Shown here: positions 53,075 through 64,000 of the stretch, piece by piece
Numbering within the stretch: the stretch's first letter is position 1
How the letters are laid out: each line of letters begins with the position of its first letter
NCBI GenBank assembly: GCA_965644295.1
Contig: CBFFRP010000378.1
Coordinates: forward strand, 1-64,000
Source: Paraphysomonas bandaiensis
Taxonomy: Eukaryota > Protista > Chrysophyceae
Direction of reading: 5' to 3'
Length of the DNA: 64,000 nucleotides
Made by a program: the position numbers and the translations under genes
The notes under the pieces: model-generated
The model's input: only the letters and a program-made list of their open reading frames with translations
Databases searched by the model: none
What the model was told of the DNA's origin: nothing

Positions 53075-54982
53075 CTAGTGTTTCTTCTGGTTGGAATACC
53101 AATCAGTATCTTCTTCTGACAACATTACTCGTAACTTTTCTGCAAGTTCTCCTATTCCTTTGCTGGTTTTTGCACTGCAACAAATGTTATGTAATATAGA
53201 ACAGTATTACTTTCATACCTTCCAGTCATTACACTAATACCAGCTCTTCGAGCAGCTTTCTTGAACTTCTCGTGCAATTCCTCGTTTCCTTCGTAAATCA
53301 CATATCACTGGAAGTCGAAACATACAACAAGAACGTACCTTCTATATCCATTTTATTAAGAAATATAAGTGAGGGTTTACCCATCAGCTTTCTATCGTAC
53401 TGCCTAAGCTCAGATACAAGTGCTTTTAAGTCATCCGCAGGATCTCTTCCTTCAGAGCTTGCGCCGTCGATCACATACAAAAGAATCTGTACTTAGCGCG
53501 CATTATACTGATTACTAACGGATACATGCATTCGCCAAACCCGTACTTTGGTTCGCTCAATATGTCTCAGAAAGTCATGCCCCAGGCCACGATTTTCATG
53601 CGCACCTTCGATTAATCCTGTCATACATCAATGAGGCACATGCACAGAGTAGCCAAGAATGGAACACATCTCAAATTATGTTTGCAGACCTGGAATGTCT
53701 GCCATGGATATAGTTTCCTTATCCTATACACAAAAGATACGATAAGCGATATTGATATAATCAAATAAGTTGTGTGTGAAGTGTATAAGCTAAGTATTAT
53801 TCCTACTGCTTACCGAGTAAGATATAACACCTATATTGGGGTGCAGAGTAGTAAAAGGGTACGGGGCAATCTTGGGGCGTGCATTTGAGAGTGCCTTCAG
53901 CAGAGAGCTCTTGCCAGCCTATCAAAACCTCACAACAATGCAGCGCATACACACACACACTCACGTTTGGAAATCCAACTAAGCCCACATCAGCTATGAG
54001 TTTGAGCTCCAGTAATAAGGCCTTGTGTTCGCCAAGCATACCTGGAGTCTTGTGTAACGTCTGGGAATAACAAGTGTCATACAAGGTGTAGTGTATTGAC
54101 ATCCTACCGTAGAGTGATACACCATGCCTTTCTTGCCTCCAGCTAGAGCCCCATTTCCAAGACCAGGCCGACCTCCCTTGGCAACAAGTATACAGGTGCC
54201 GTGTGTATCCAAATCTACACTAGGAGGATCGACATCAACCACCTCTGTTACGTTACCGAACATGTCCTTCTCCTACAAATGCAGTCAATCACACTGGCCA
54301 CATACACATCTATTCAGCACAGCCTAAATGAAATGGTATTCCAAAATTCCTGAAAACAGTTGAGTGAGTACTTACAGCGTATTCCATCATATCGTTGTAA
54401 GACAACTTTTCAGTGATGACTGTCCCGAGAGGCACCTTAATGTATAGGTCTTCTCCACGTTTGCCTGTCAGTTTGTCACTAGACCCATTACCCCCATCCT
54501 TGGCATTAAAGTGGGCAACTTGAAGCGCTAGAGATGTCATTGTTCTGTCAGCAACTATATATACATTTCCTCCTGCTCCTCCATTCCCACCGGTGGGTCT
54601 CTTAATGGATGGCTTTGGAGCTATGATAATGTAACATATCACAGTAGAGAGAAATAAAAGAATACATACATTCAAAGCTGACACAACCATTTCCACCTTT
54701 TCCACCACGTACTTCAATATTCGCCTTATCAACAAACTGTATATGTATATATATATATATGAGGTGATCACATGCACCCCATTACCACTAATCACATACC
54801 CTATAATTCGTTTTGAATTGTCTTTTAATCCATACAGAATCATCATTATCATCATCATCATCAGGAATAGATGTATATGTGTCTTCAATAACACTGAATT
54901 TCATAGAATCATATCGTGAGAGATGTCGTATGAATACTACTGTAGGCTGTAAGCGTTTAATGAATGTAGTTGTTTTAATCAT
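53075..54982 (-). CDS. Obg-family GTPase, probably mitochondrial (MTG2/GTPBP5-like), multi-exon
   Basis: Gly-rich Obg fold ([27 protein letters not shown]), [16 protein letters not shown]|[16 protein letters not shown]|[27 protein letters not shown]; basic presequence-like N-terminus. Confidence 0.92.
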
Positions 54983-55121
54983 GTTTCGTAATATGAATGA
55001 GTTGAAATAGAATGATAATGTGGTGATATATTGCTATGATAGTATGCTTCTACAAGTGGCTGCATGAAGAAGCGCAGGTTAAGAGTGTATATGATCACTG
55101 GAAGTGGTCATATGACCACAC

Positions 55122-55347
55122 TATACATGTACACTGTACAGACAGCAGTAGCAGCACATACACTATTATATACAGTACTATATACTATACATATGTACAG
55201 ACAGCAGAAGCAGCACATACACTCTATCATATACCACTGCTGTATGTCCTATACATATGTACAGACAGCAGAAGCAGCACATACACTCTATCATATACCA
55301 CTGCTGTATGTCCTATACATATGTACAGACAGAAGAAGCAGCACATA
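55122..55347. repeat. 64-bp minisatellite, ~3.5 copies
   Basis: tatacatatgtacagacagcagaagcagcacatacactctatcatataccactgctgtatgtcc is identical at 55186 and 55250, with a degenerate copy at 55122 and a partial copy at 55314. Confidence 0.9.
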
Positions 55348-55614
55348 TGGATATATGAATCCCGTTTATCCCATTTTCTATAGAACAGTCCGCACGTATA
55401 TTCTCTGTACTCACTCGGTTTTCCCCTATATCGTAACGAATATATGGGACCAGCAATTAAAGGGGTACCCCGACTGGTCGATCCGTTGAAATTTATTACT
55501 TAATTTTTCAATGCATATATATATATATTTGGACACATCATATAATTATAATATTAGAATCATTTCTAAAGTATATCGGGATACACAAGAAGTTAAAGTA
55601 AAGGAGAGTTTATT

Positions 55615-55887
55615 ATGGGATCACAGTCTTCAAGATACTCAGCTACCACAACAATTGATTTCAGAAATGATTCCGCTGGTGAAGAATCAGGAAGAATCAA
55701 GAATTTCTTCAAAAGAATTATTCATCGAAGAGATAAGAAACCTGATGATGATTCAGATATTGCCCACATAAAAATCGATCAGTCTGGTGGTTCTATTCTG
55801 AATTTCATGAAACAAGTTATGCCAAGATTCAGAAGAAACGTCTATCAACGCGCTGATGACGATTCGACACACGGCATGCTGATATAG
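55615..55887 (+). CDS. Small hypothetical protein (possible N-myristoylation, MGSQSS)
   Basis: 90-aa ORF with protein-like composition, divergent from the Obg gene; MGxxxS start. Confidence 0.45.
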   Translation: MGSQSSRYSATTTIDFRNDSAGEESGRIKNFFKRIIHRRDKKPDDDSDIAHIKIDQSGGSILNFMKQVMPRFRRNVYQRADDDSTHGMLI

Positions 55888-57022
55888 GCCTTCGAGTGGT
55901 GTTTATCAGTTGTATATGGAAGAGTAGTTACGTTTTTTTTCAGCTTTAAAAATTTGCACTGTTTCCAGTGATTTCTGGATGATATTTTGATACTGATAAA
56001 CGTATCCCAGACCGTACGTCACACGAGAGAGAGAAAGATATCACATTTGGTTTTTGTTTTAGTGCTGTATGTGTGCGTAATTAAAACATGCACAAATAAA
56101 TACTTTTCTGTTAAACTTTCTATTTGCGATATCTGGTGGGAAAACATGCACACCATAAGCAAGTGTTTGGAGTAGATGCTCATTGTTTGGAGGAAGACAT
56201 AGACACAGCTGTAATGCTTCTACCCTAAAGTAAATAATTCGTGGGGATTGTATAGACATCTGTATAGTTCACTTCAAAAGGTGTTAGCTTGTCAGAACTA
56301 TAGTGTACAGTGGTATTCTTAGTGCTATATGCTATACAGTACGACATCTTTGTGATTTCGTACTACTGCCAGAATTCAGACGTAGGCCTACTTTTCAATA
56401 GTACTCCTTTCTTACTAGAGAGTACTTCATACTAGTCGTTAGGTATATTTTAAATTGGAACTGTGGTATTTCATTGTGTAAGCCCTACGACTAAGTTATT
56501 CTCAAACAAAGTGACAACCGAATCGCTGCCCCATTCAACGAAATATCTACTGGTGTTTCACCAATATCTACTAATATGACGCTGTATTGTTCTCGTAGTT
56601 GCGTATCAATGGCGGCAAAGACATGTTACTACTACGAAGAAGCACAATGAGAATATTAAATAGAAACTCTAGCATCCTCTGACGCAGGCGTCACACAAAG
56701 TTGCACGCATTGCAACAAAACAAGTTTTCTAAAAGTAAATCCCACTAATTATTTAAGTGCACATGTAGAAGTTTAGTATAGTTCCAATGTGCACAGATAT
56801 ATAAATCGATGCCTGCGTAGATCTATGTTTGTATCACACAGAATAAAAGGGTTAAACATGCACCACCAACATTGTGAATGCTTTCCAGCGAAGCAATAAT
56901 AATAAGGAATACGTAATATAATAAAATCAGCCACAAGCGAATACATAGGTATTTCACGAAAGTAACTGTAACCCAAGAGTGATAACAAAATGGCTATCAC
57001 TTGTAAAAGGCCTCCCTACCCA

Positions 57023-57427
57023 CTATTCGCGCACATTGACACCCCTCCAGCCAGCGCCATTCGCAGGAATCTCCTTGGGGCCATGCTGAATAGATCTCTT
57101 TTTATAGAACCATGAGTAGCATGTTGAACAATCTTTGCTACAAAAGTTCGGGTCTTCAAAACGTGAGTACTGCGGAAAGAAAGCACCCTCACAATTAACG
57201 CACTTCACCACTCGAGTAGTAACATAGTCTTCACAACTAGATGATGAATAAACACTATTGGAGTCACTGATGGTGGTAGATACATCATCACCGAAACTAG
57301 ACTTTCTATGTGACGTTTCAGAGTCATTATCAGTCTCGTCCGTTTTACATTGTAATGCCTTCCTTGTGACTATCTGTGGGGTCGGCTGATGGGTGCTGGG
57401 AGCACTCGGAAGCAATGAGCGAAGCAT
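57023..57427 (-). CDS. Small protein with an FCS-type zinc-finger motif
   Basis: Ser-rich N-terminus followed by CVNC-x15-FCSKDC. Confidence 0.6.
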   Translation of the reverse strand: MLRSLLPSAPSTHQPTPQIVTRKALQCKTDETDNDSETSHRKSSFGDDVSTTISDSNSVYSSSSCEDYVTTRVVKCVNCEGAFFPQYSRFEDPNFCSKDCSTCYSWFYKKRSIQHGPKEIPANGAGWRGVNVRE

Positions 57428-57909
57428 GATGTGTGGAAATAATGATTCTCACTTGCTTTTTCTATGATATGAATCTTACTATAGCTCACAATACGATTAT
57501 CTTTTACTCTTACCCTTATGAATATATCTATCTATCTTCCCCATATCTACCTCACATTTTTCCCTCGCCAGATTTCAAACCAAGTATTGGTGAAAATTAG
57601 TGGACAGAGGAAGTTGGGGGATGGATCCCCCATTGTTGGCCCTGGGGAAAATTTGAGGGAATATTGTGTGTTGATAAGGCAAAAAATCATCATTTTTTCA
57701 TTAGTTGATCATCAAAAATGCAGTATGCAACAAAAAACTTGGAGTTTTTATCTTGGTTGACATATGACGTTGGGGGGAAATATTGGCTGCTTTATTTAAT
57801 TGTGTACGGTATTATCGAAGTACTGTAAAGGGGAATACAGAAGACTGCTGGGAAGATATTTGAATGTGGATATGAGCGAGTGAAGTCCGACCGAAGTGAT
57901 AATTCTTCT

Positions 57910-58060
57910 TGTGGATACTTCACACTTCACTTCTAGACTTCATACTTTCGCTTCAACTATACCATACTTCACTTCACACTTCACTCATTTCACTTTATTA
58001 AGAACACTTCATTTTAATAACACTTCTATGCACTTCACTTGACTTCATTATTGTAACTTC
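57910..58060. repeat. Degenerate (CACTT/CTTCA)n low-complexity tract upstream of MSH5
   Basis: acttcacacttcacttctagacttcatactttc...cttcacttcacacttcactc. Confidence 0.7.
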
Positions 58061-58174
58061 GTATATATATCATTACATACAAGTGTGATAGTCTTACTAT
58101 ATATAACTATATGTAATCTATCACTTGTACATAATGATATATACATACACTCACAGACATTCATAATAATCTAC

Positions 58175-61100
58175 ATGACAATAATGAATTCCTCAAGTGA
58201 TGAGTCAGAAAAACATGACCTTTTAGATAATCCTGATGAATCAGCTGTAAAGATCTTAGCGATATTTGTGTCAGATAAGAGAATAGGAGTCTCCTCATAT
58301 GATGAGGTTACTAACACCATTCGATCAGATAGTTTCAGTGCCTCTAAAGAAGAACTTCCTTCTGTATTATCATCAATTAAACTCTTATGTCAACCATCTC
58401 TTATATTAGTCCAGCCGCATGTTGTGGTGAATACATCTCTATTACAAGTAGTGATCTGTGGTTGGGATGGAACCCCTGAATATTATGCCTATCAACCACT
58501 CAAGAATTCTTGTTGGAATGCAGACAATGCACTTGAACAAATGTGCACTAAACTGGAAATAAAGGACGGTCGAGAGAGTAATAGAAATATGAATATTCAA
58601 TCGATGACATATCAAGAGAATTACCTTCGACTGTCCTCTTACTTTGATATGAGTAGTTTACCATTGGTACGCTCCATGGGTGCATTGCTTTATTATATAC
58701 GAGGACACGTGTTCCATCTTGATACGGAAGTAGCTGTGAATTCAGTTCAATCTTTCAGCCTTAGCAACTATATGCGTATGGATCAGGCAGCATTTCAGTC
58801 GCTTCAGGTATACATATCCCCAACATTGGGCAGAATAAGATAGCTTACATTTGCAGGTGTTCAGTGAAGACCTACATCCGAATGTGTTAAAGGGCAAGGG
58901 TAGAAGCAAGGAAGGGTTCTCAGTTCTGGGACTGCTGGACAGAACAATGTCTCTACCAGGAAGAAGACGGCTAAGGTTGTGATGTAAGCTGATATGAATC
59001 TACGAAGTTTATAGCGGCCAGCTTTGCATTACGCCATAAGTAATGCTTGTACTAAAAGAAATCGTAAATAATATCTGTACTCATTACAGTGTATAACCTT
59101 TGCTGATAGTATTCACTTGTACAGGGAGTGGTTTACTTTTCCATTTTGTGATCGAATGCGTATATTAGAGAGACAAGATGGAGTTGCTATGGTACACCGT
59201 AAAGAAAACACTGACCTTGTGATTGCTGTATCTAAACATCTGAAGCACGTCCACGATTTACCTCAACTCGTGTTACGCGTAAAGAAGGTTGCTGCAGGAC
59301 ATATGGACTGGCAGAAAATATATAGCACACTTGAAGCAGCTCTGCCTATTTTGGACCATTGTGAAACTTTTATTCGACAGCCTGATCGGTATCAAATATT
59401 GATGTTGTGTATATGTGGATATTTGTGTTACAGCCTGAATATTTGGATGCACGACAATATGTGACACTTAAACGTGTTTTGTCATGACAATACTAAGACG
59501 GTTATATACAGACATGAGGGTGATCGCAATTACCTGAGGAGTTTATTGTCTCTTTGCAATGCGCAAGTCATACGGAATATGCACCGCCAGCTTGCTGTGG
59601 CGCTAGATTTTGATGCAAGTAAAGTTGAAGGGGTGCTTATGTTGAGGTCAGGTTATGACCAACAGCTAGATGCATTGCGGTAAGGTCGGCGTTTGTAAAA
59701 TATCATCTGTAATGTACCACTGTATGTCGCTTTTGTTAAATCAGGCATGCTTACGACACTCTTGATGATGTTCTCACGGATACCGCGAGAAGATTCTTGG
59801 AGGTGTGTGATCTAAACCATATATATTTATATACATTCTGTATACTTATTATCTTCGACGGTGTTATTGTTTGCATCTAGCTCAGATATTATGATTATGC
59901 ATGTATAGGCGTCGCCATTACTGCGCCATGTGGGAATCGAGTACGTGCCTCAAATAGGTTATCTCGTAGCTGTTGAGGCCGGGGATGACCCATTTTTGCC
60001 CAACGATATCGGAGCCTTTCAATATGTATATAGCAACGAGAACAGGAGCTATTACAAACATCCATATGTACTGGATTTGGATGATGGGCTTGGGGACATA
60101 CGGTCTAACATTATGGACAGACAAAAAACATTGGTAAGCAATATATACAGTAGTTAAGTATTGTCAAGTAAATAAAGAATGCTATAAGTTCTGTATAATA
60201 TGTATGGTTCAACCAGGTACTGGAGATTGAAAATGACTTACTGGAATGTGAGGCGCACCTTATTCAGCTAGCGACATTTCTAGGTATATTGTGTATCAAG
60301 CTCATATACCGATTTTAAAACTATGTAACCCCGGTTCTGATATTATTGTTGTATACCGCATGGCTAAAAGCAAACCTGATCTGTATAGCATTATATCTTT
60401 TGTACTGATTCCATTCAAAGCGGGTACTTTACGTTTTTTTTGCACTACGAAATGGGTCTAGTGGAGGGATAATTTTAATTTCTATACAGAGAGTCTAGAT
60501 GCAACTATATCCTTGGGAACTATAGCTACTGAAATGAGGTTCAGCAGGCCGGACATTGTTGAGGATCCTGTAATCATAATAAAGGGAGGACGTCATCCAC
60601 TACAGGTTCGGTGTTACTATATAGAACTGTGTGTCGCGGCATATGCCATAGTTATGGCCACGAATACGTAGAGTATAAGCACTATACATACGCGCCATTG
60701 CAAAGTATGCTACAGTTAGAGAGAAATGTCATCATAATTTGTGCTAATCATCCGCATAGATCTTACTGTAGAATTTTACTTCTGCCAAAGTGACATATGC
60801 TGCAGGAGCTCACAGTAGATGTGTTTGTTCCTAATGACTCTTTTCTATCTCGCGACAAACACATAGCCCTCATTACTGGGGCAAATGGTTCGGGAAAGAG
60901 CATTTATATCAAACAGGTTCTATTCATACGATATTGCCCGTGTTTCATTCCTTTTCGACTCTTCTATCTTCGGCATTACATAGTGCTGTATACTTTTACG
61001 TTGTAATCACGAATCAGGTCGGATTGCTAGTGTACTTGGCGCACGTTGGCTGCTGGTTACCATGTGAAAGAGCAATCATTGGGTTAACGGACCAAATATT

Positions 61101-62114
61101 AACAAGAGTGGCGAGTGTGGAAACAGTAGCTGCTCCTCTATCTGCGTTTGCTTTGGACTTGACGCAGGTATACATGTATGCCACTTTGTGTATGGGCTAT
61201 TTAGTACACTGGTATATATACGTACGCATGCATGATGTACACTTTTGTAGATATCCCGTATGGTTTCACTCTGTACACCCCGGTCGCTTTGCTTGGTAGA
61301 TGAATTTGGAAAAGGTACATCGCCCACTGACGGAATGGCCCTGATGGGAGCCCTCTTAAAGTGGTTTGCTGATCATCCCTCGAGATTACTTGCTGTGCTG
61401 CATTTCCAAGAGGCAAGCTATGCATCTGAATTATGTGTGATTTTACAACATGCACTACTCATTATGTCTTCTTATCGTTTTTTGTGTGTGAATATTTATC
61501 GCAGATATTGCACAAAGATGTCGTTGATCTCGACCGTCTTAGTTGTGTGACAACTTTTAAAATGGAGGTTCATAACGATAGGTAGGTTTGATATTATCAT
61601 TTTTAGATGTATGACCTGCGAGTGTAGTACTTGCAGTATACAGTTTTATTTCCAATGTAACAGCAGTGTGTTTTAGCAGCGAAGTCGAGGGTGATGATAT
61701 CGTGAAAGCTATTCCTCTGTACAAGCTGCGAGTGGGTCTTGCAACTTCCTCTGCAGGCCTGACGTGTGCAGAACAAGCCGGTAATATATAGATCTCAAAG
61801 TTATGCTTTACTTCTGTTTATTAAGCTGGTGTGATTGATATATTAACGTATTTTTGAGAAGCATATGTGCTTTATATTTATATATTAATTAGTTTCCTTC
61901 AGGAGTTCCTGTGGCTGTGACACGTAGGGCAAAAGAAATTGTTGATTGTGTAACAAATGGAACATTTGTTTCGCCGCTTAGACAAAAGTGCCGTTCTTCG
62001 CTTGAAAAGACTTCTAAGAGTATTCTGTCCCACTTCTTGTCAGTACAAAACTGGGAAGAATGTTCTGCATCTCAGCTCAGTGAATTGAAGTCTCTACTCC
62101 AGCAATACAAATAG
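58175..62114 (+). CDS. MSH5: MutS homolog 5 (meiotic crossover factor), many exons
   Basis: SLQ|VFSEDLHPN..KGRSKEGFSVLGLLDRT, YVPQIGYL, DDGLGDI, GRHPLQ|EL..FVPND, ITGANGSGKSIYIKQ|VGL..YLAHVG, SAFALDL, DEFGKGT. No mismatch-binding domain I. Confidence 0.93.
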
Positions 62115-62509
62115 CCGAAAGATTGCGCTTGCTATCTGCACCATATATGTACATTGAAATCGTATGCGTCGAAGCAGAAGCTTTATGGGTATAGCCGCTT
62201 CGTATTTTTTTTATAATCTTTTATTTCTGTGCTGACAGATTAACGTGGTAGCTAGATAGACTACCACCTCCATTACCACTATATTGCTCTTTATTATGAC
62301 TATATAGTGAACATATTCGATTTTATTATTTCATTCATACTGGGGTCTGTGTATATATCAATTTTTGAATTTTTTCGTATATTATTCAATAAATTAGTAT
62401 TGTATCTCTATAGTAGGGTAAAGTAGTGAATCTTTGTAAGCCTACTCTTGAGAATCAATCATATATATATATAAATGTCTGTTTCTTTAGCAATAAGCGT
62501 TCGAGAGTC

Positions 62510-62652
62510 AGGACCAGATTAGTAGCTAGATGAAAACTAGTCAAGCTAAATATGCATTTACTAACTATTGTAAACTCTAATACCTTACTATTTACTATGT
62601 AACGCTACGAGAATTGCTTGTGCGTCGCCGCAAGCACCAAGATGCGACCATC
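62510..62652 (-). repeat. Copy of the dispersed retroposon 3'-end repeat
   Basis: aacgctacgagaattgcttgtgcgtcgccgcaagcaccaagatgcgacca matches 19942-19991. Confidence 0.75.
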
Positions 62653-63095
62653 ATTCTTGCTATAGTCAAAGATGTGTATGTAGGGTACCTTGCAGCATGA
62701 CTAGTGAAAGCAGTGATCTAAGTCTACTACAACCACACTGGAGCGCTTAATAAGACTACACTTTATTATACTTTTATTAATTTTATCAGGTCAGAGGAGC
62801 TCGAGTTCATCAGTTTTTATTGAATATTAAGATAATTTTATGCACAGCGACTACGCAGGCACGAAGTGAAACGTATAAAATTATATTTATTCCCGAAACG
62901 GATAATTTCGCTTCATACTAAGTATTTATAAAATTCATAAGGAACACCAATATCGATTCGATAGTGTTCATAAAACGACTCAACAATCATCAAGCATTAA
63001 AAAATTCAACCAAACAATCCAAGCAATAAAAATGAATTTATTACAGAGATAATATATATCGCCACTCGATATTATTAAACACCGCTGCGTAATCG

Positions 63096-64000
63096 TTATC
63101 GCATCTCGCCCTTAGTGAAGTAGGAATATACGGTCTCGGCAACCACTCCTGCCCCAGGAATTATCACTTTGGGGTTATCCCAAACCCACTTCATAGTGTT
63201 AGTTATAGGAAACCGTCGAGACGGGGACACTCCACCTTCATTAGGATCAAAAGCCTGCTTCAGCGTAACGAGTGATGCGCCAGATCCAATCAAGGTAGTC
63301 CAAACGGTTGGGTCACCTATAATGGGTTGGTTTGCATCTTGTTCAGATCTTAGGAGACTAACAAACTGGCGATTCATATTCCCCAAACTCTTTATATTCA
63401 GTACTCGTTCCATATTTCTGTAGTCTATCTGTACTGGCCTGAAACGGCCACGAGAACGATGCGATAGACTCAGACGCCGCAGCATTTCGTAAATGCTCAT
63501 AGTTTCTGGCCCAACAGCATCATATATTCGTAGAGTATAGTCGCGTATAGCGGGCGCATTGATATGTTTGGTATTGTATTGAATAGGTCGAATTGATGGC
63601 TCGGTGAGACCTAAAAAGGCAATACGTTCAGCGGCATCATTAACTTCATGCGGTTGGAGAGGAGCCGTACCACTCCCCATTATAGGAGTCAATGGCAGTC
63701 GACACAGATCGGAAAGATTGAGATCACTTCCTCTTTGGCCTACTAGACCATCATGCTTGCTGTACAATAGACCCAGGACAGTGATTGTCACGGGAAGTGC
63801 CATGTTAGATATGGCGAAGTCGGCCATAGCCTTGGCACGTGCGTACGGCACTTGTCCAGCCCTTTCAGCATTGATAGCCTGAGTAGAAGACTGTATCCAG
63901 TGTCCGAACTCCAGTTCTTCACAGGCTTTACATGCTGCCAAGGGAGCTCGATAATTAACATCCATGAGAGCATCGTACTTTCCTTGTTGAGGTCCTGCAA
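63096..64000 (-). CDS. Atypical SDR/NAD(P)-binding (NDUFA9/epimerase-like) protein, 5' part outside the window
   Basis: VNYRAPLAACKAC..WIQSS, YARAK (YxxxK), LQP.EVNDAA, IYDAVGPE. Confidence 0.65.
   Translation of the reverse strand, partial: AGPQQGKYDALMDVNYRAPLAACKACEELEFGHWIQSSTQAINAERAGQVPYARAKAMADFAISNMALPVTITVLGLLYSKHDGLVGQRGSDLNLSDLCRLPLTPIMGSGTAPLQPHEVNDAAERIAFLGLTEPSIRPIQYNTKHINAPAIRDYTLRIYDAVGPETMSIYEMLRRLSLSHRSRGRFRPVQIDYRNMERVLNIKSLGNMNRQFVSLLRSEQDANQPIIGDPTVWTTLIGSGASLVTLKQAFDPNEGGVSPSRRFPITNTMKWVWDNPKVIIPGAGVVAETVYSYFTKGEMR

Noticed and set aside
55122-55347. CRISPR-like array
   Set aside because: Head-to-tail units with no unique spacers, in a eukaryotic context with no cas genes.

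Overview
Eukaryotic nuclear DNA from a compact, intron-rich genome (GT-AG introns mostly 45-90 nt). It is probably a flagellated stramenopile-like protist, inferred from IFT144 and a CryptonS-type element. The first ~13 kb is a transposon island. It holds an intact chromodomain Ty3/Gypsy pol whose RT has IFDN in place of YxDD, a disabled secreted Hedgehog-type Hint (Hog) gene, and an internally deleted Crypton tyrosine-recombinase element split by a TA-flanked, 27-bp-TIR Tc1/mariner-type insertion. A possible piggyBac remnant follows. Non-LTR retroposon fragments with target-site duplications lie at ~19.8-21.9 kb and ~29.3 kb. The rest is gene-dense, mostly as head-to-head pairs: CRT-like transporter, GT-B-like protein, SDF2, RPS10, aspartyl aminopeptidase, a dual-specificity phosphatase/GNAT fusion, eIF3h, LUC7, GNAT, IFT144, UBE2H, WBP4-like, Obg GTPase, MSH5 and a partial SDR-like gene. 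The most notable items are the IFDN reverse transcriptase with an extra post-chromodomain module, the DSP-GNAT fusion, the Hog gene and the nested transposon pair. All calls come from motif recognition by eye; no searches were run.
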